Of a DNA stretch of 43,265 bases, positions 10,239 to 23,631 are shown in pieces. The notes under the pieces are model-generated. The model made no database searches and was not told where the DNA came from. It saw only the letters and a list, made by a program, of their open reading frames with translations. Position numbers and translations under genes: made by a program. Each line of letters starts with the position of its first letter. The stretch's first letter is position 1. Source of the DNA: Octopus bimaculoides (taxonomy: Eukaryota); assembly GCF_001194135.2 (NCBI RefSeq), contig NC_068982.1:112105810-112149074 (forward strand), in the 5' to 3' direction.

Positions 10239-13200
10239 GGTTTCTCAACAGTCCACTATGTTTTTAGAACTTAAAGGATTTTATTCTTTGCTAGTATCAA
10301 ATACTAGATTTAAAATTAATGAATGTCTCGGGCAGAGTTTGGTCATATTTTTAATTTAGATACTTCGATCAAGTGAATAGATATTAGCATCAACCTTCCA
10401 TCAATGCAATAATCAGGTGAATGTTTATGTGATCGTCTCTGAAACCGAAGATATTTTTATACACAATCAGATATTTGTGCTGTACATGACACTAACTTAA
10501 AATACAATAAATACATAGAATATTGATTCTAATTTTAAAACTAGATTTTTCATCTTATCAAATTCTCGAAGAGTGATGCCAGTGCTGCGTTAGAACGTCT
10601 ACCAAGAAATATGACTCCAACGTACTTTATCAGGTTTTGGTGCATTCATAAACTGTGTTGGTGATAGATTTCATTGAAAGAAGAATATAGAAGCATACTA
10701 GTCCTCTTGGTTGATATTTCTGTTTCTAAAGAAAAACACTTGTCGAGTGCAGCTGAGATGAAGACAAAAATTAGTCTGAAAGAGCTAACATAAACTCTCA
10801 TAATTTGGTAAAAAGAATCTTATTTCCGGTTACAAATAATTGAAGGCTATAGAGTTTAATTATAAACTATTCATTAAGTTACATTTTATTTCTGCAAATG
10901 ACTGTAGTTTATTTCTATGTTAGTAAATTATTTAACCGACAAAAGGAAAATTACGAAAGATATTTGCAATTATGGTAAATTTCATATATATATTCTCTCG
11001 AAACAATCTCTAGATTATCTTCAATCATTCAATTAACATTTTCCTGGCTTCGAAAAATTATGCAATTGCTATATCAAGTAAACAAATATGTACTTAAAGC
11101 CTTTACATAGAAGCACTACATATTAATTGCATGGAGACATCCAAGTATATATTTCTGAAAGTTTCTTAATGTTCGTTTATGTGTTTATTTGTGTGAGCGT
11201 ATATGTAATATACCTTTGACTTATACATGTGCATATGAGGAAGTATGTAAAGGTGTCTGCATACGCATACATACTCAAAGGCGTGGTTAACATAATTTTA
11301 ATTATAGCATATTTGGTTTTGTGATTGGTCTCTATATAATTAACATATTGCTTACCTCTAAGTGCTGTTGATGGCAATGTTGCAGCCATTGTAATTTCCT
11401 GTTTGGCATTTCACTTGCTTTTGTTTTGGTGATATTGTTGTACAAATTCGCTTAGAGATTAGCCAAGTAAGGTCAATGTCACTTGTTAACCGGATCAACA
11501 AGCTATTATGTCAGTGCTAACGCTATACTAACAAGTGATTCAGATTATACTAATAAGCTCCTTGGTGAAGATTAAAACCTACTTACTTTATGGCAGTCCC
11601 CTTTGACACTAAAATTTATCTTAATCTTGGAATGTTTGAGTAATGCTTTATTAAACAACGAATAAACCTGTACGTGTATACATTTACAAGAAAATCCGGA
11701 GGAAAATACTCAGTACCGCCTTCTACAGAGAAAAACAAAGAACTTCGCAATTAGTAAAGACAGAATATAAATTATGTTGTGGTTAGGAAATATTTTGCTT
11801 GATTCGTGTAAAAAACAAAACAGAGAGAATCCAAACTCAAAATTCACCGAGAGGCACGTTTCGATGTTATGAGGTCACCTCAGTGAAGCAGAGCGTATTC
11901 ACTACTGTGTCCACTTTTAACTACTCATCATATTTATGCATCCGCTTTTATGAATATATTTCGATACCAGATGCTGATATGAATTACACATACTAAGAAA
12001 GATAAAACTCACTAATTTTGAGAGGAAACTCTATGCAGCCGCTGACTCCAATGGAAATGGCAGCTAAACGTCCCTCAAACAACGAACAATCATAAAACAG
12101 ATACATTAGTTAACGCAGTGTTGCTTTTTACCATTCACGCAAGAGAAAAGACAATATAGTGGTGGTTGAAACGCCTTTCATAACCCATCAAAACTGATTT
12201 GCAACCATATTTAACATATTGATGGAACAAAACGTTCCGTTCTTTTTTCCACTACATAATTGCTAATTCTATAGTTACGTTTAAGGTTAGCGCGTGTTCT
12301 CATGTAATAAAATCACATGAAAATGATATTTCATTTATCCTATGTAAAGCAAATGTTTCAAAAATGTAAAATAAAGCATCTTCTATATATAAGTCTAATG
12401 TTTGAATATATTTACACAACTAATCATTATAAACGATAATATAAATAATGACATATGTAACTAAGTATTATAACTAAAACCTTACATGCATTGTTGTGCC
12501 ATTTTATGTATGCAAATATTTCCCTTTCATTTCATCTTTGGTGTTAATAATTTCATTCATTATCATTGTTCGTCTTGGTCCAAACCAGACTGAGTAAACC
12601 TGTGTTCAAATGTATTTTTTTGAAACTACACTTCTACTTTGTCCGTTGATTTAGCTGCTTCTGTGGTCATTAAAATGATACCTCCATTTCTTGTTTAATA
12701 TTTTTCTATTATTTTTATATAGATTTTAAACTGTTTGAACATAGCTGATTCACGTACGTACTATTGAAATAACATAACGACAAGAAAGTGGGTTATCCAA
12801 AGCTAAAGATAGAATAAGAAAAATATATAGATTTCTTATTTAATCATATAAAAAGAAAACCTCAGCCAAACTAGATTCTTTAGATTCTGAGACATCATTA
12901 ATCTAACTGAAACAATTAATCAACCAAGCAAACTAGCGATATAATATCAGGGAAACATTATTTTATGATTGGGTATGTTCAAGAGGGAATACACTTGTAG
13001 ATATTAATGTTTCACAAGAGGAAGCGTCATGCTTTTAATTTTACAAGTGTTTCATATAGTAACCATATGGCATGGAAATATTCCCTCGGCATTTCTGCTG
13101 AATTGTTCCCCGTTCTGTGCAACGAATGCACGTTTTCTACATAAATGACACAAACACATTCAATTTTACTCACAAACATTTGCTTCTAAATCCCTCCTGT

Positions 13201-15267
13201 ACGACATCTCTTTGCTACATGTCCATAAATTTGTCTATTGTTAACTGAAAACTAATTTCGTAGCTTTACTTATCTCGAGAAATCAAGAAATTATTTTCAA
13301 TATGGCTCCAATAGAAGACATTCTTATAATACGTCAACATTACGGAAAGTGATAGAAACGGTAAAGAGCCATCGGGACCTGATAAATGTCATGTCTTGCA
13401 TCATTGTAATATATTCAGTATCATTATCGGATGCCAAAACAACTAAGAACAATACTAGAATCAATACTAAATATAACGAACCAAAGAGAAAGACTACGTG
13501 GTGGTTATTTGATAAGACTAGAAATAGCAGCAAGACTGCATCATATCTCATGTTGTTGTCTTATGAACTGTAAAGATATATTCGAAAATTTAATTCTGTA
13601 AACAAGGGCGAAACTCGAAAACATTTTGTTATAGATTTATATTAATTTCTTTAAAAATGCATTAAACTTCAGATATAATTAGTGTCGTGTGGCTTTCTAG
13701 TTCATACATGTCTTTAAAGGAAAGGCTTGTAACTGATATACTATAACATGTACAGATCTGAAACAGAAATTAAGATCAGTTGTTGCCGTTGTAGATGTTT
13801 AGCGTTAGGTCAGCTCTAAAGGTATAGATCTATGATCAAAAGTATTCTAACAACGACCACTCTTATTTCCTTTCAGTCGTAGCGTACCTTGGTCTATATT
13901 AGTCAAATACTCCCATTGTGTTTATCTTATTAACCTTGAAGACCTCATCACTCTACGTTGACTCTACGATCACTCTACGTCTCTAAAAGATCCCATTAAC
14001 TGAGCTTATTCCAGTTACCTTTCCTGACATTTATTTTAGATTTTGAACACCCTACGAAGGTATGGCTTTCCATTAATTTCTTTGATGATCTTAGTGCTCA
14101 AAGCTAATGAAACTCATCATCTAGAAATATATATATATATATATTTTTAATGATTTTTAAAAAACAAATCTATTTTTAACATCTCAGGATATGAAAAGCG
14201 AGAGTTGTCAACTGTTTCAGATGACATTTGCTGTAGTAAGACTAGGTAAAATGAAAGCATATATTAACCTTCAGAGAAACTGAAAGCAAAAACATACATA
14301 AATATATATATGTTCAATATTGCGCCAATGGAAGGCCTATATATATATATATACATATATANNNNNNNNNNNNNNNNNNNNNNNNNNNNNNNNNNNNNNN
14401 NNNNNNNNNNNNNNNNNNNNNNNNNNNNNNNNNNNNNNNNNNNNNNNNNNNNNNNNNNNNNNNNNNNNNNNNNNNNNNNNNNNNNNNNNNNNNNNNNNNN
14501 NNNNNNNNNNNNNNNNNNNNNNNNNNNNNNNNNNNNNNNNNNNNNNNNNNNNNNNNNNNNNNNNNNNNNNNNNNNNNNNNNNNNNNNNNNNNNNNNNNNN
14601 NNNNNNNNNNNNNNNNNNNNNNATATATATATATATATATAGTTATGAAGTCTACCATCAAGAGAAAGACAAAAAGAGGTTATATCTAGTGTACGACAAA
14701 TATCTATTCCCGACATATATCTCAGTTTTATTCTTTGAATCTGTTTAGTTCAATATTGGATATATTTGTGCAGTATTTCTTCGCAGTCTTCAGAATCGGA
14801 AAACCATTTTCTTCTACCTAGATATTCTTCATATTTCAGCTCAGGCACGAAAGAGAGTGGGCACAGCTCCAAGTCAACCTTGCATTTCTATAATCTCTTT
14901 ATAGGCAGAAGAAATGTTGAAAGGGAGAGACAAAAATAAAAGAAATTTATCGATGTATTCTACCTATACATTGCCATTAACAGACGTGGTTTGGATGCTA
15001 CTGCTGACAACCTGAAACTCTACTATATTCCACTATATGTATGCATCTGCTCTCTGTCACACTCACTCTTACATATATATACACGCAGAACTATAAACAG
15101 GCATTCAAGGAGAATTATTTACGCACAGTCCCACATGTACATACGTACACGTGCACATGTTCACAGATGCACATCACACAAATCACAAATAGTCACACAA
15201 AAGAGCAGAAACAGAGGCACGTATGCTCAGCATAACATAGAATCATTTGTTATACGCTATACATGTA

Positions 15268-15276
<9 letters not shown>

Positions 15277-15335
<59 letters not shown>
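15277..15335. repeat. (TG)n microsatellite
   Basis: Direct reading. Confidence 0.95.
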
Positions 15336-15337
<2 letters not shown>

Positions 15338-15480
15338 TGTTTCTGAGGGGTAAGTTTGAGCATATTTGTGCATGCGAGTGTATGTATATATGTGGATCTG
15401 TCCATATGTATGTATGTATGTATGGATGTACATGTCTGTGTGCGTGTATACATACACACACACACACGCACACACACACG

Positions 15481-15515
<35 letters not shown>

Positions 15516-16516
15516 TATTTAAAAGAGTTCTAACTCTGTCTGTTTTTTATGTTTTATTTTTATTCTTATACAATTATTGTGGGATATAGAATATGGAATA
15601 TATAATATAAATAGTAAAATGAAATGAAGTATTGAATGTCTTATTGAATATATGAAATATTGAGTATTACATATAGAGTATAAAATATATAAGGACTAGT
15701 ATACTTTCCTGCCTCATGGCATTCATCAAGGCCCCGTCTGACAGATGGAACTCTTTTAAATAATATATTCCTCTATACACGATCATGCAAAACCCTTTTT
15801 GATATATTTTTATTTTTATTTTTATTCACACACACACNNNNNNNNNNNNNNNNNNNNNNNNNNNNNNNNNNNNNNNNNNNNNNNNNNNNNNNNNNNNNNN
15901 NNNNNNNNNNNNNNNNNNNNNNNNNNNNNNNNNNNNNNNNNNNNNNNNNNNNNNNNNNNNNNNNNNNNNNNNNNNNNNNNNNNNNNNNNNNNNNNNNNNN
16001 NNNNNNNNNNNNNNNNNNNNNNNNNNNNNNNNNNNNNNNNNNNNNNNNNNNNNNNNNNNNNNNNNNNNNNNNNNNNNNNNNNNNNNNNNNNNNNNNNNNN
16101 NNNNNNNNNNNNNNNNNNNNNNNNNNNNNNNNNNNNNNNNNNNNNNNNNNNNNNNNNNNNNNNNNNNNNNNNNNNNNNNNNNNNNNNNNNNNNNNNNNNN
16201 NNNNNNNNNNNNNNNNNNNNNNNNNNNNNNNNNNNNNNNNNNNNNNNNNNNNNNNNNNNNNNNNNNNNNNNNNNNNNNNNNNNNNNNNNNNNNNNNNNNN
16301 NNNNNNNNNNNNNNNNNNNNNNNNNNNNNNNNNNNNNNNNNNNNNNNNNNNNNNNNNNNNNNNNNNNNNNNNNNNNNNNNNNNNNNNNNNNNNNNNNNNN
16401 NNNNNNNNNNNNNNNNNNNNNNNNNNNNNNNNNNNNNNNNNNNNNNNNNNNNNNNNNNNNNNNNNNNNNNNNNNNNNNNNNNNNNNNNNNNNNNNNNNNN
16501 NNNNNNNNNNNNNNNN

Positions 16517-16842
16517 ATATACCGAATTCTGATACTGCACACCACACAGTCACCCGATGAGAATGCAAAAGGCGTTCATGCAACTCACGAGGGTTGTTTT
16601 CGGCCCAGTATCTGAAGCTTTGCTTATTCACTGTGGCACACAGATGAAAATGCGCCTCGTCACTGAACAACACAACAGATGCATTGGGGATATTTTGTTG
16701 CATTTCCAAACACAATGCTCTGCGAAAACAAAATGGCATTATATGTACCTTTCGAAAATGAAAAAAAACTTGTTTGTAACTTTAATTTATTTGCCTTTTA
16801 TTAAACCTACAAATGTGTCAGATCATTTTGCCCGACCCTATA
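16517..16842 (-). mobile_element. Internally deleted Tc1/mariner element (rosa/DD41D-like) with 5' terminus
   Basis: ORF contains VLFSDEAHFHL..VNKQ..RYW..NP...LHSHRVTVWCAVSEFGI, including the first catalytic Asp. The terminus reads TA|TAGGGTCGGGCAAAATGATCTGACAC on the minus strand (end 16840, TA 16841-16842). The subfamily call rests on motif resemblance; DD spacing is not visible. Confidence 0.8.
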
Positions 16843-17189
16843 TATGTTGTTAAAACTAATTAATATAATTTGGAGTATGCATATGTATCTTCTGGACAAG
16901 TTCATATACCCGAGCCTAAAACTTCCATCTGAACACCTTGTGATAACTTTTTGTTGTAATATAGCTTCAGTTGGGTATAAAATGAATGTAGATTCGACTG
17001 TTCTAAGCAGTTTCATGTCTAGACTCACTAGAGTGATAACATCATAATTTTGATGCAAGAAGGATTGTATCTAAATTTCACTACCTGATGAGAGATACAG
17101 TTCATGAAAGAAAACAATCTGTAGCAGAAGACTTGCTACAAGATAGCGAATATAAATGCAAATCATGTATATATGTAAAAGTCATGTGT

Positions 17190-17243
<54 letters not shown>

Positions 17244-17249
17244 GCTTAT

Positions 17250-17413
17250 ATATATGTATAAGAGGGCTTCAATAACTGTATCTGCTTCTAGGTATTAATC
17301 AACACGCGAGTATATTGGACGATTCTTGTCAAAGATGTTACGCAATGGGACCGAAGCAAAGACCATGTGGTTACGAAGTGAACTTTGTAACCATACATCC
17401 ATGCCCATGCCTA
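17250..17413 (-). mobile_element. Degraded tRNA-derived SINE, family C
   Basis: Minus strand AGGCATGGGCATGGATGTATGGTTAC...AACCACATGGTCTTTGCTTCGGTCCCATTGCG resembles a recalled octopus tRNA-SINE head; not checked against a library. Confidence 0.55.
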
Positions 17414-18028
17414 GTACTGATAATATTTTCTCTGTGTCTACGGTTCAATGTCCCAGTCGCTATATTTCGTTCACTAGGGCTGTGAGCTGAGATCAAGCAA
17501 CATGAAGTTTTATTTCCTAAGGCTGCACATTTATACGTATGTGTACTTTTACACAGGAATCAAATGATTCAAAGAAAATACCATATCAAATGAAATTATA
17601 CATTTGATACTTCTCTATAATCTTCCAATCATTTTACAATTATCAAGATGAACCTGGAATTTCCTCGGATAATGCTAATATGTTTTATAAGTGATTTATT
17701 AGATTTGTAAAGGGTAGTGTAAGGGAAGTAACTCCTATATTAGACATTTAAAAAATTGATTTATCACGGAAAGTAGGGACAGAAAGAGGATTACATGGAC
17801 GTGAAAGGAAAAGTAAAAAATATGGCATAGTGTATGTCGTAGAATTTTACATAGTTATATGGTAAATTTAATATTGTAACACATTGTTAGGAGTTGCATG
17901 AACCAAATATATAATAAAATATTGTTTATTGAAAAGTTTGTGTGTAGAGGGTTGTACAGAATTAAATTTATTTTTAATAAACTGGATTAGAAGAATTAGA
18001 AGAAGAGGATTAGAAGAAGAAAAGAGAA

Positions 18029-18320
18029 AATTCTGATACTGCACACCACACAGTCACCCGATGAGAATGCAAAAGGCGTTCATGCAACTCACGAGGGTTG
18101 TTTTCGGCCCAGTATCTGAAGCTTTGCTTATTCACTGTGGCACACAGATGAAAATGCGCCTCGTCACTGAACAACACAACAGATGCATTGGGGATATTTT
18201 GTTGCATTTCCAAACACAATGCTCTGCGAAAACAAAATGGCATTATATGTACCTTTCGAAAATGAAAAAAAACTTGTTTGTAACTTTAATTTATTTGCCT
18301 TTTATTAAACCTACAAATGT
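18029..18320 (-). mobile_element. Second copy of the rosa-like fragment, identical to 16525-16816
   Basis: 292 bp identical by eye to 16525-16816 (offset 1504); ends at a gap. Confidence 0.85.
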
Positions 18321-18979
18321 NNNNNNNNNNNNNNNNNNNNNNNNNNNNNNNNNNNNNNNNNNNNNNNNNNNNNNNNNNNNNNNNNNNNNNNNNNNNNNNN
18401 NNNNNNNNNNNNNNNNNNNNNNNNNNNNNNNNNNNNNNNNNNNNNNNNNNNNNNNNNNNNNNNNNNNNNNNNNNNNNNNNNNNNNNNNNNNNNNNNNNNN
18501 NNNNNNNNNNNNNNNNNNNNNNNNNNNNNNNNNNNNNNNNNNNNNNNNNNNNNNNNNNNNNNNNNNNNNNNNNNNNNNNNNNNNNNNNNNNNNNNNNNNN
18601 NNNNNNNNNNNNNNNTATATATATATATATATATATGCATGTGTGTGTGTGAGGGGGGGGGCGGTGTATGTGTGCGCATGTTGCAGGTGAATGTATATTC
18701 ATAAAAGAGTGAAGAAAGCTTTTGCGGCTCATGTTGCAACAGCTAGACTGAAGCATGGGTTATGCCACGTGATATTTTGCTTGCATTCGTGTTTCTACTT
18801 TTACTGATATTCTGTATATTTTTAAGCCTACTCGGAATCAAAACATAAATAACGCAGTATCATGATAGTTAGAGGAACTCCTGTAAATATTTTGGTCTTC
18901 AGTTTGATTAGATATTCTTAGTGAAATATTTTAAACGAACTATTGATCATATTAACAGAGCAACTACAGGGTGTCTGCA

Positions 18980-19082
18980 TCTCTCTCTCTCTCTCTCTCT
19001 CACTTTCTGTCTGTCCTGCTTCTCTGTTTCTCTAACTCTGTCTGTCTGTCTATCTGTCTCTGTCTCTGTCTCTGTCTGTCTA

Positions 19083-19113
<31 letters not shown>

Positions 19114-19172
19114 GTCTCTCTCTCTCTGTCTCTCTCTCTGTCTCTCTCTCTCTGTCTGTCTCTCTCTCTCTG

Positions 19173-19205
<33 letters not shown>

Positions 19206-19250
19206 GTCTGTCTCTCTCTCTCTCTCTCAATCTCTCTCTCAATCTCTCTC
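18980..19250. repeat. Compound (CT)n/(CTGT)n polypyrimidine tract
   Basis: Direct reading. Confidence 0.95.
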
Positions 19251-19944
19251 TTCCAATATCTTGGATTTACAGTTGCATGAACTGAGTTCCGATTCCTTGC
19301 GGGAATGCTTACTGTAGTTTCTAATTCGTTCTCTGAATCCAAATTTCTACGATTTTTTTTTTATACACGTATACATAGACTTGCGCACTTATACGTACGT
19401 ACATACACACACATACTCACGTACGCACGCACACACGTCCCCAAATTATTTACAACTGACGTTGTTCGTGCTGTCGTTCACATAATCACCCAATATTATT
19501 AACGAATTTACTCCTGTCTTTCTCGTTTGAAATTACTCCAGCTGTTGTGTTGAAATTCTAATAACGCTATCTAATGTTAAAATCACCATCACTGGTAAAT
19601 GCCAAAGCTGATCATAAAATGCATATTATTCATGGTTGGTTCTAGATCCCTGGTGTTCTTGTCCTATTTTTTCAGACACGTTGCATCAGAAATATGTGTG
19701 CCCTTACTTAGAATACAAAATCCAGTACGGTTAATCCTTTCTAAAGAACTTTAGGATATGATTTGAGTTACATTTGACTGCTCTATCTCTTGGCGACTTC
19801 ACGTAAGGCCTTACTTTACTCGAGTATATTACAATCATAAATGTTAGTAAAAATGCTGTAGATATAGTGTTAGAATAAAATATACAATACAAAAGGTTAA
19901 CAAAATTATTCACTACACAAATATGAGCTTTATATAAATACTTT

Positions 19945-20271
19945 TTCAAGACCTCCTTTGGTCCCGAATGAACACGGAATTGCACCTAGAAACTTCCCCT
20001 CCGAGGCACAAGTCCCGGCGATGTTGTTTGTGGAAATCCAGTTGTCACCCATATATACCAATCTTTTTTCTCCACGCGACCGATGTTGGCCAAGGGAACA
20101 GCAAAGGCCAATACAGCCTGCCACCAGTGACGTTGCAACACATTTGTATAGTTGAGAGAACTGGAGCAACATGAATTAAAGAATCTTGCTCAAGAACACA
20201 CCACACAGCCCGGTCCGAGAATCGAACCCGCGACCTCTCGACACTCTGACCACTGAGCCATGCGCCTTCAC
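19945..20271 (-). mobile_element. tRNA-derived SINE, family B
   Basis: Minus strand: GAAGGCGCATGGCTCAGTGG (A box)...GGTTCGATTCTC (B box) GGACCGGG...GTGTTCTTGAGCAAG. The 3' boundary is approximate. Confidence 0.8.
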
Positions 20272-20486
20272 CCCCCCACACACACATTCACACACACACA
20301 CACACACGCACACACACGAATACATGTATGTATGTATGTACGTATGCATATGTGATCAGACAGATAGTCCAAACAGACTCCAAAGAGATTTCTGGTTGTC
20401 CGCGGCGTTAATAATTGTATTATCTAAAATCACGAAGAAAGTACAGCCAACTTCTCAGAGCGAATAGAATATTGAACATCATCACT

Positions 20487-20548
20487 AAAAAGTTGACAGG
20501 AGAGAAAACTTTCCTGTGTCACTTTAATTTCTCTCCTGTCAACTTTTT
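20487..20548. repeat. Perfect 21-bp inverted repeat with 20-nt loop
   Basis: AAAAAGTTGACAGGAGAGAAA (20487-20507) / TTTCTCTCCTGTCAACTTTTT (20528-20548). Confidence 0.95.
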
Positions 20549-20767
20549 CTGAAGTAAAGACTGTGTATGAAACTCTCCATGGGAAGGTTCATATATTGTA
20601 CTCTTTTTGTCAACCTTCTTTTTTGTAATGTTTGTTTATTGAATATACATGTGTCTGTGTTACTGTAAATAATATATAATTATAGTTATTATTAAAAAAT
20701 ACCTGTGTGTTGCTCTTCTCCGTGATTTACAACCTTCGGGTTTGTTTACAAATTTGTAAATAAACAA

Positions 20768-20819
<52 letters not shown>

Positions 20820-21629
20820 NNNNNNNNNNNNNNNNNNNNNNNNNNNNNNNNNNNNNNNNNNNNNNNNNNNNNNNNNNNNNNNNNNNNNNNNNNNNNNNNN
20901 NNNNNNNNNNNNNNNNNNNNNNNNNNNNNNNNNNNNNNNNNNNNNNNNNNNNNNNNNNNNNNNNNNNNNNNNNNNNNNNNNNNNNNNNNNNNNNNNNNNN
21001 NNNNNNNNNNNNNNNNNNNNNNNNNNNNNNNNNNNNNNNNNNNNNNNNNNNNNNNNNNNNNNNNNNNNNNNNNNNNNNNNNNNNNNNNNNNNNNNNNNNN
21101 NNNNNNNNNNNNNNNNNNNNNNNNNNNNNNNNNNNNNNNNNNNNNNNNNNNNNNNNNNNNNNNNNNNNNNNNNNNNNNNNNNNNNNNNNNNNNNNNNNNN
21201 NNNNNNNNNNNNNNNNNNNNNNNNNNNNNNNNNNNNNNNNNNNNNNNNNNNNNNNNNNNNNNNNNNNNNNNNNNNNNNNNNNNNNNNNNNNNNNNNNNNN
21301 NNNNNNNNNNNNNNNNNNNNNNNNNNNNNNNNNNNNNNNNNNNNNNNNNNNNNNNNNNNNNNNNNNNNNNNNNNNNNNNNNNNNNNNNNNNNNNNNNNNN
21401 NNNNNNNNNNNNNNNNNNNNNNNNNNNNNNNNNNNNNNNNNNNNNNNNNNNNNNNNNNNNNNNNNNNNNNNNNNNNNNNNNNNNNNNNNNNNNNNNNNNN
21501 NNNNNNNNNNNNNNNNNNNNNNNNNNNNNNNNNNNNNNNNNNNNNNNNNNNNNNNNNNNNNNNNNNNNNNNNNNNNNNNNNNNNNNNNGAATGCCCAAAT
21601 TTACTCTTCGAAGTATATTAATACTACCG

Positions 21630-21998
<369 letters not shown>

Positions 21999-22240
21999 TT
22001 TCTCTATCTAAATATATACATATGCATATGCGCTCGCGCACGAGTAAGTGTACAAAGAATGACAAAAGTTTCAGCTCAGCAAGATTATGAAAATATGTAT
22101 ACGTATAGCGAAGTCATATATAATATGCTTTAGAAACATATTTAGATACGCTGGCAAAATATACATCCTGTAGATTATCTGCAGGAGTTTCGGAAGCTAG
22201 AAGTACGGATCAATACGGCAAGTTCCGTCTTTAATTACAG

Positions 22241-22389
22241 ATATGTCAGAGACCGCTTACATCGACTTGAATCTGGCGAAGTTATATCAATACAAACATA
22301 CGGCGATAGAGAGCTTTACTAGCTTAGAGCAAATAAATAGACACTATGACGTGTGGAGTATACCTTGTGCAGTTCTCGTGCACCAAAAG
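22241..22389 (+). CDS. Candidate internal coding exon, unknown protein
   Basis: Acceptor TCTTTAATTACAG| and donor AAG|GTATAT; 149 nt, open in phase 1 to 0 (MSETAYIDLNLAKLYQYKHTAIESFTSLEQINRHYDVWSIPCAVLVHQK); CpG-richer than its flanks. Confidence 0.3.
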
Positions 22390-22869
22390 GTATATGTATG
22401 TATATATGTATGTATGTATGNNNNNNNNNNNNNNNNNNNNNNNNNNNNNNNNNNNNNNNNNNNNNNNNNNNNNNNNNNNNNNNNNNNNNNNNNNNNNNNN
22501 NNNNNNNNNNNNNNNNNNNNNNNNNNNNNNNNNNNNNNNNNNNNNNNNNNNNNNNNNNNNNNNNNNNNNNNNNNNNNNNNNNNNNNNNNNNNNNNNNNNN
22601 NNNNNNNNNNNNNNNNNNNNNNNNNNNNNNNNNNNNNNNNNNNNNNNNNNNNNNNNNNNNNNNNNNNNNNNNNNNNNNNNNNNNNNNNNNNNNNNNNNNN
22701 NNNNNNNNNNNNNNNNNNNNNNNNNNNNNNNNNNNNNNNNNNNNNNNNNNNNNNNNNNNNNNNNNNNNNNNNNNNNNNNNNNNNNNNNNNNNNNNNNNNN
22801 NNNNNNNNNNNNNNNNNNNNNNNNNNNNNNNNNNNNNNNNATACATACATATATATATATACACCCAGG

Positions 22870-22873
22870 TCTG

Positions 22874-22921
<48 letters not shown>

Positions 22922-23008
22922 CCTATCTATCTATCTATCTATCTATCTATCTCTCTAACTCTCTCTCTACACACACTCTGAAATTTAATATGTATGTATG
23001 TATGTATG

Positions 23009-23042
<34 letters not shown>

Positions 23043-23073
23043 TGTATGTATGTCTATGTATGTATGTATGTAT
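22870..23073. repeat. (CTAT)n and (ATGT)n arrays
   Basis: Direct reading. Confidence 0.95.
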
Positions 23074-23479
23074 GAAATTATGTGTTTATAGCCCATCTAC
23101 GTTTGTGCGTGCTAATGCATATGTTTCAAAAATATAACGACGTGGAGAAATAACATCTTATACTTGGAAATCTCAAAGCAAACTCATTGATTTCTCAGTT
23201 CAAACAATATTTATAGACATCTGGATGTTTTGTTCGTAACAGATAAGGCATAGCAGTGTACATGATGGATTTGTAAGTAGACACTATGTTTGATGGATAA
23301 TTCTGAAATAGAAAACGCCCACATATATGTTATTACCACCTGTAATTGCACTACTTTCTCTCCCCCTCCCTTTGTTTCTCTCTTTTAGTCACCCAAACAT
23401 CTTTCTTTCACACACTTGCTCTGTTTCTGTCTCTGTTTCATATTCTCTCTCTATACCTACAAACACACACACACACAGA

Positions 23480-23513
<34 letters not shown>

Positions 23514-23574
23514 CATACATACGCTCACATGCTTATATATATCTATATATATCTATATATATCTATATATCTAG

Positions 23575-23631
<57 letters not shown>

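Noticed and set aside
11830-11900. Hammerhead-like motif on the minus strand (CTGAGGT...GAAAC)
   Set aside because: The core deviates from CUGANGA and stems II and III cannot be formed.
14845-14940. THAP-like GAVPTLF on the minus strand
   Set aside because: It needs frameshifts and lacks the C2CH zinc ligands; likely chance.
17085-17120. CTGATGA...GAAA hammerhead candidate
   Set aside because: No stem II complementarity.
22243-22389. Kinase-like reading (DLNLAK...DVWSIPC)
   Set aside because: The DFG-to-subdomain IX spacing is too short and the DFG, APE and Gly residues are absent.
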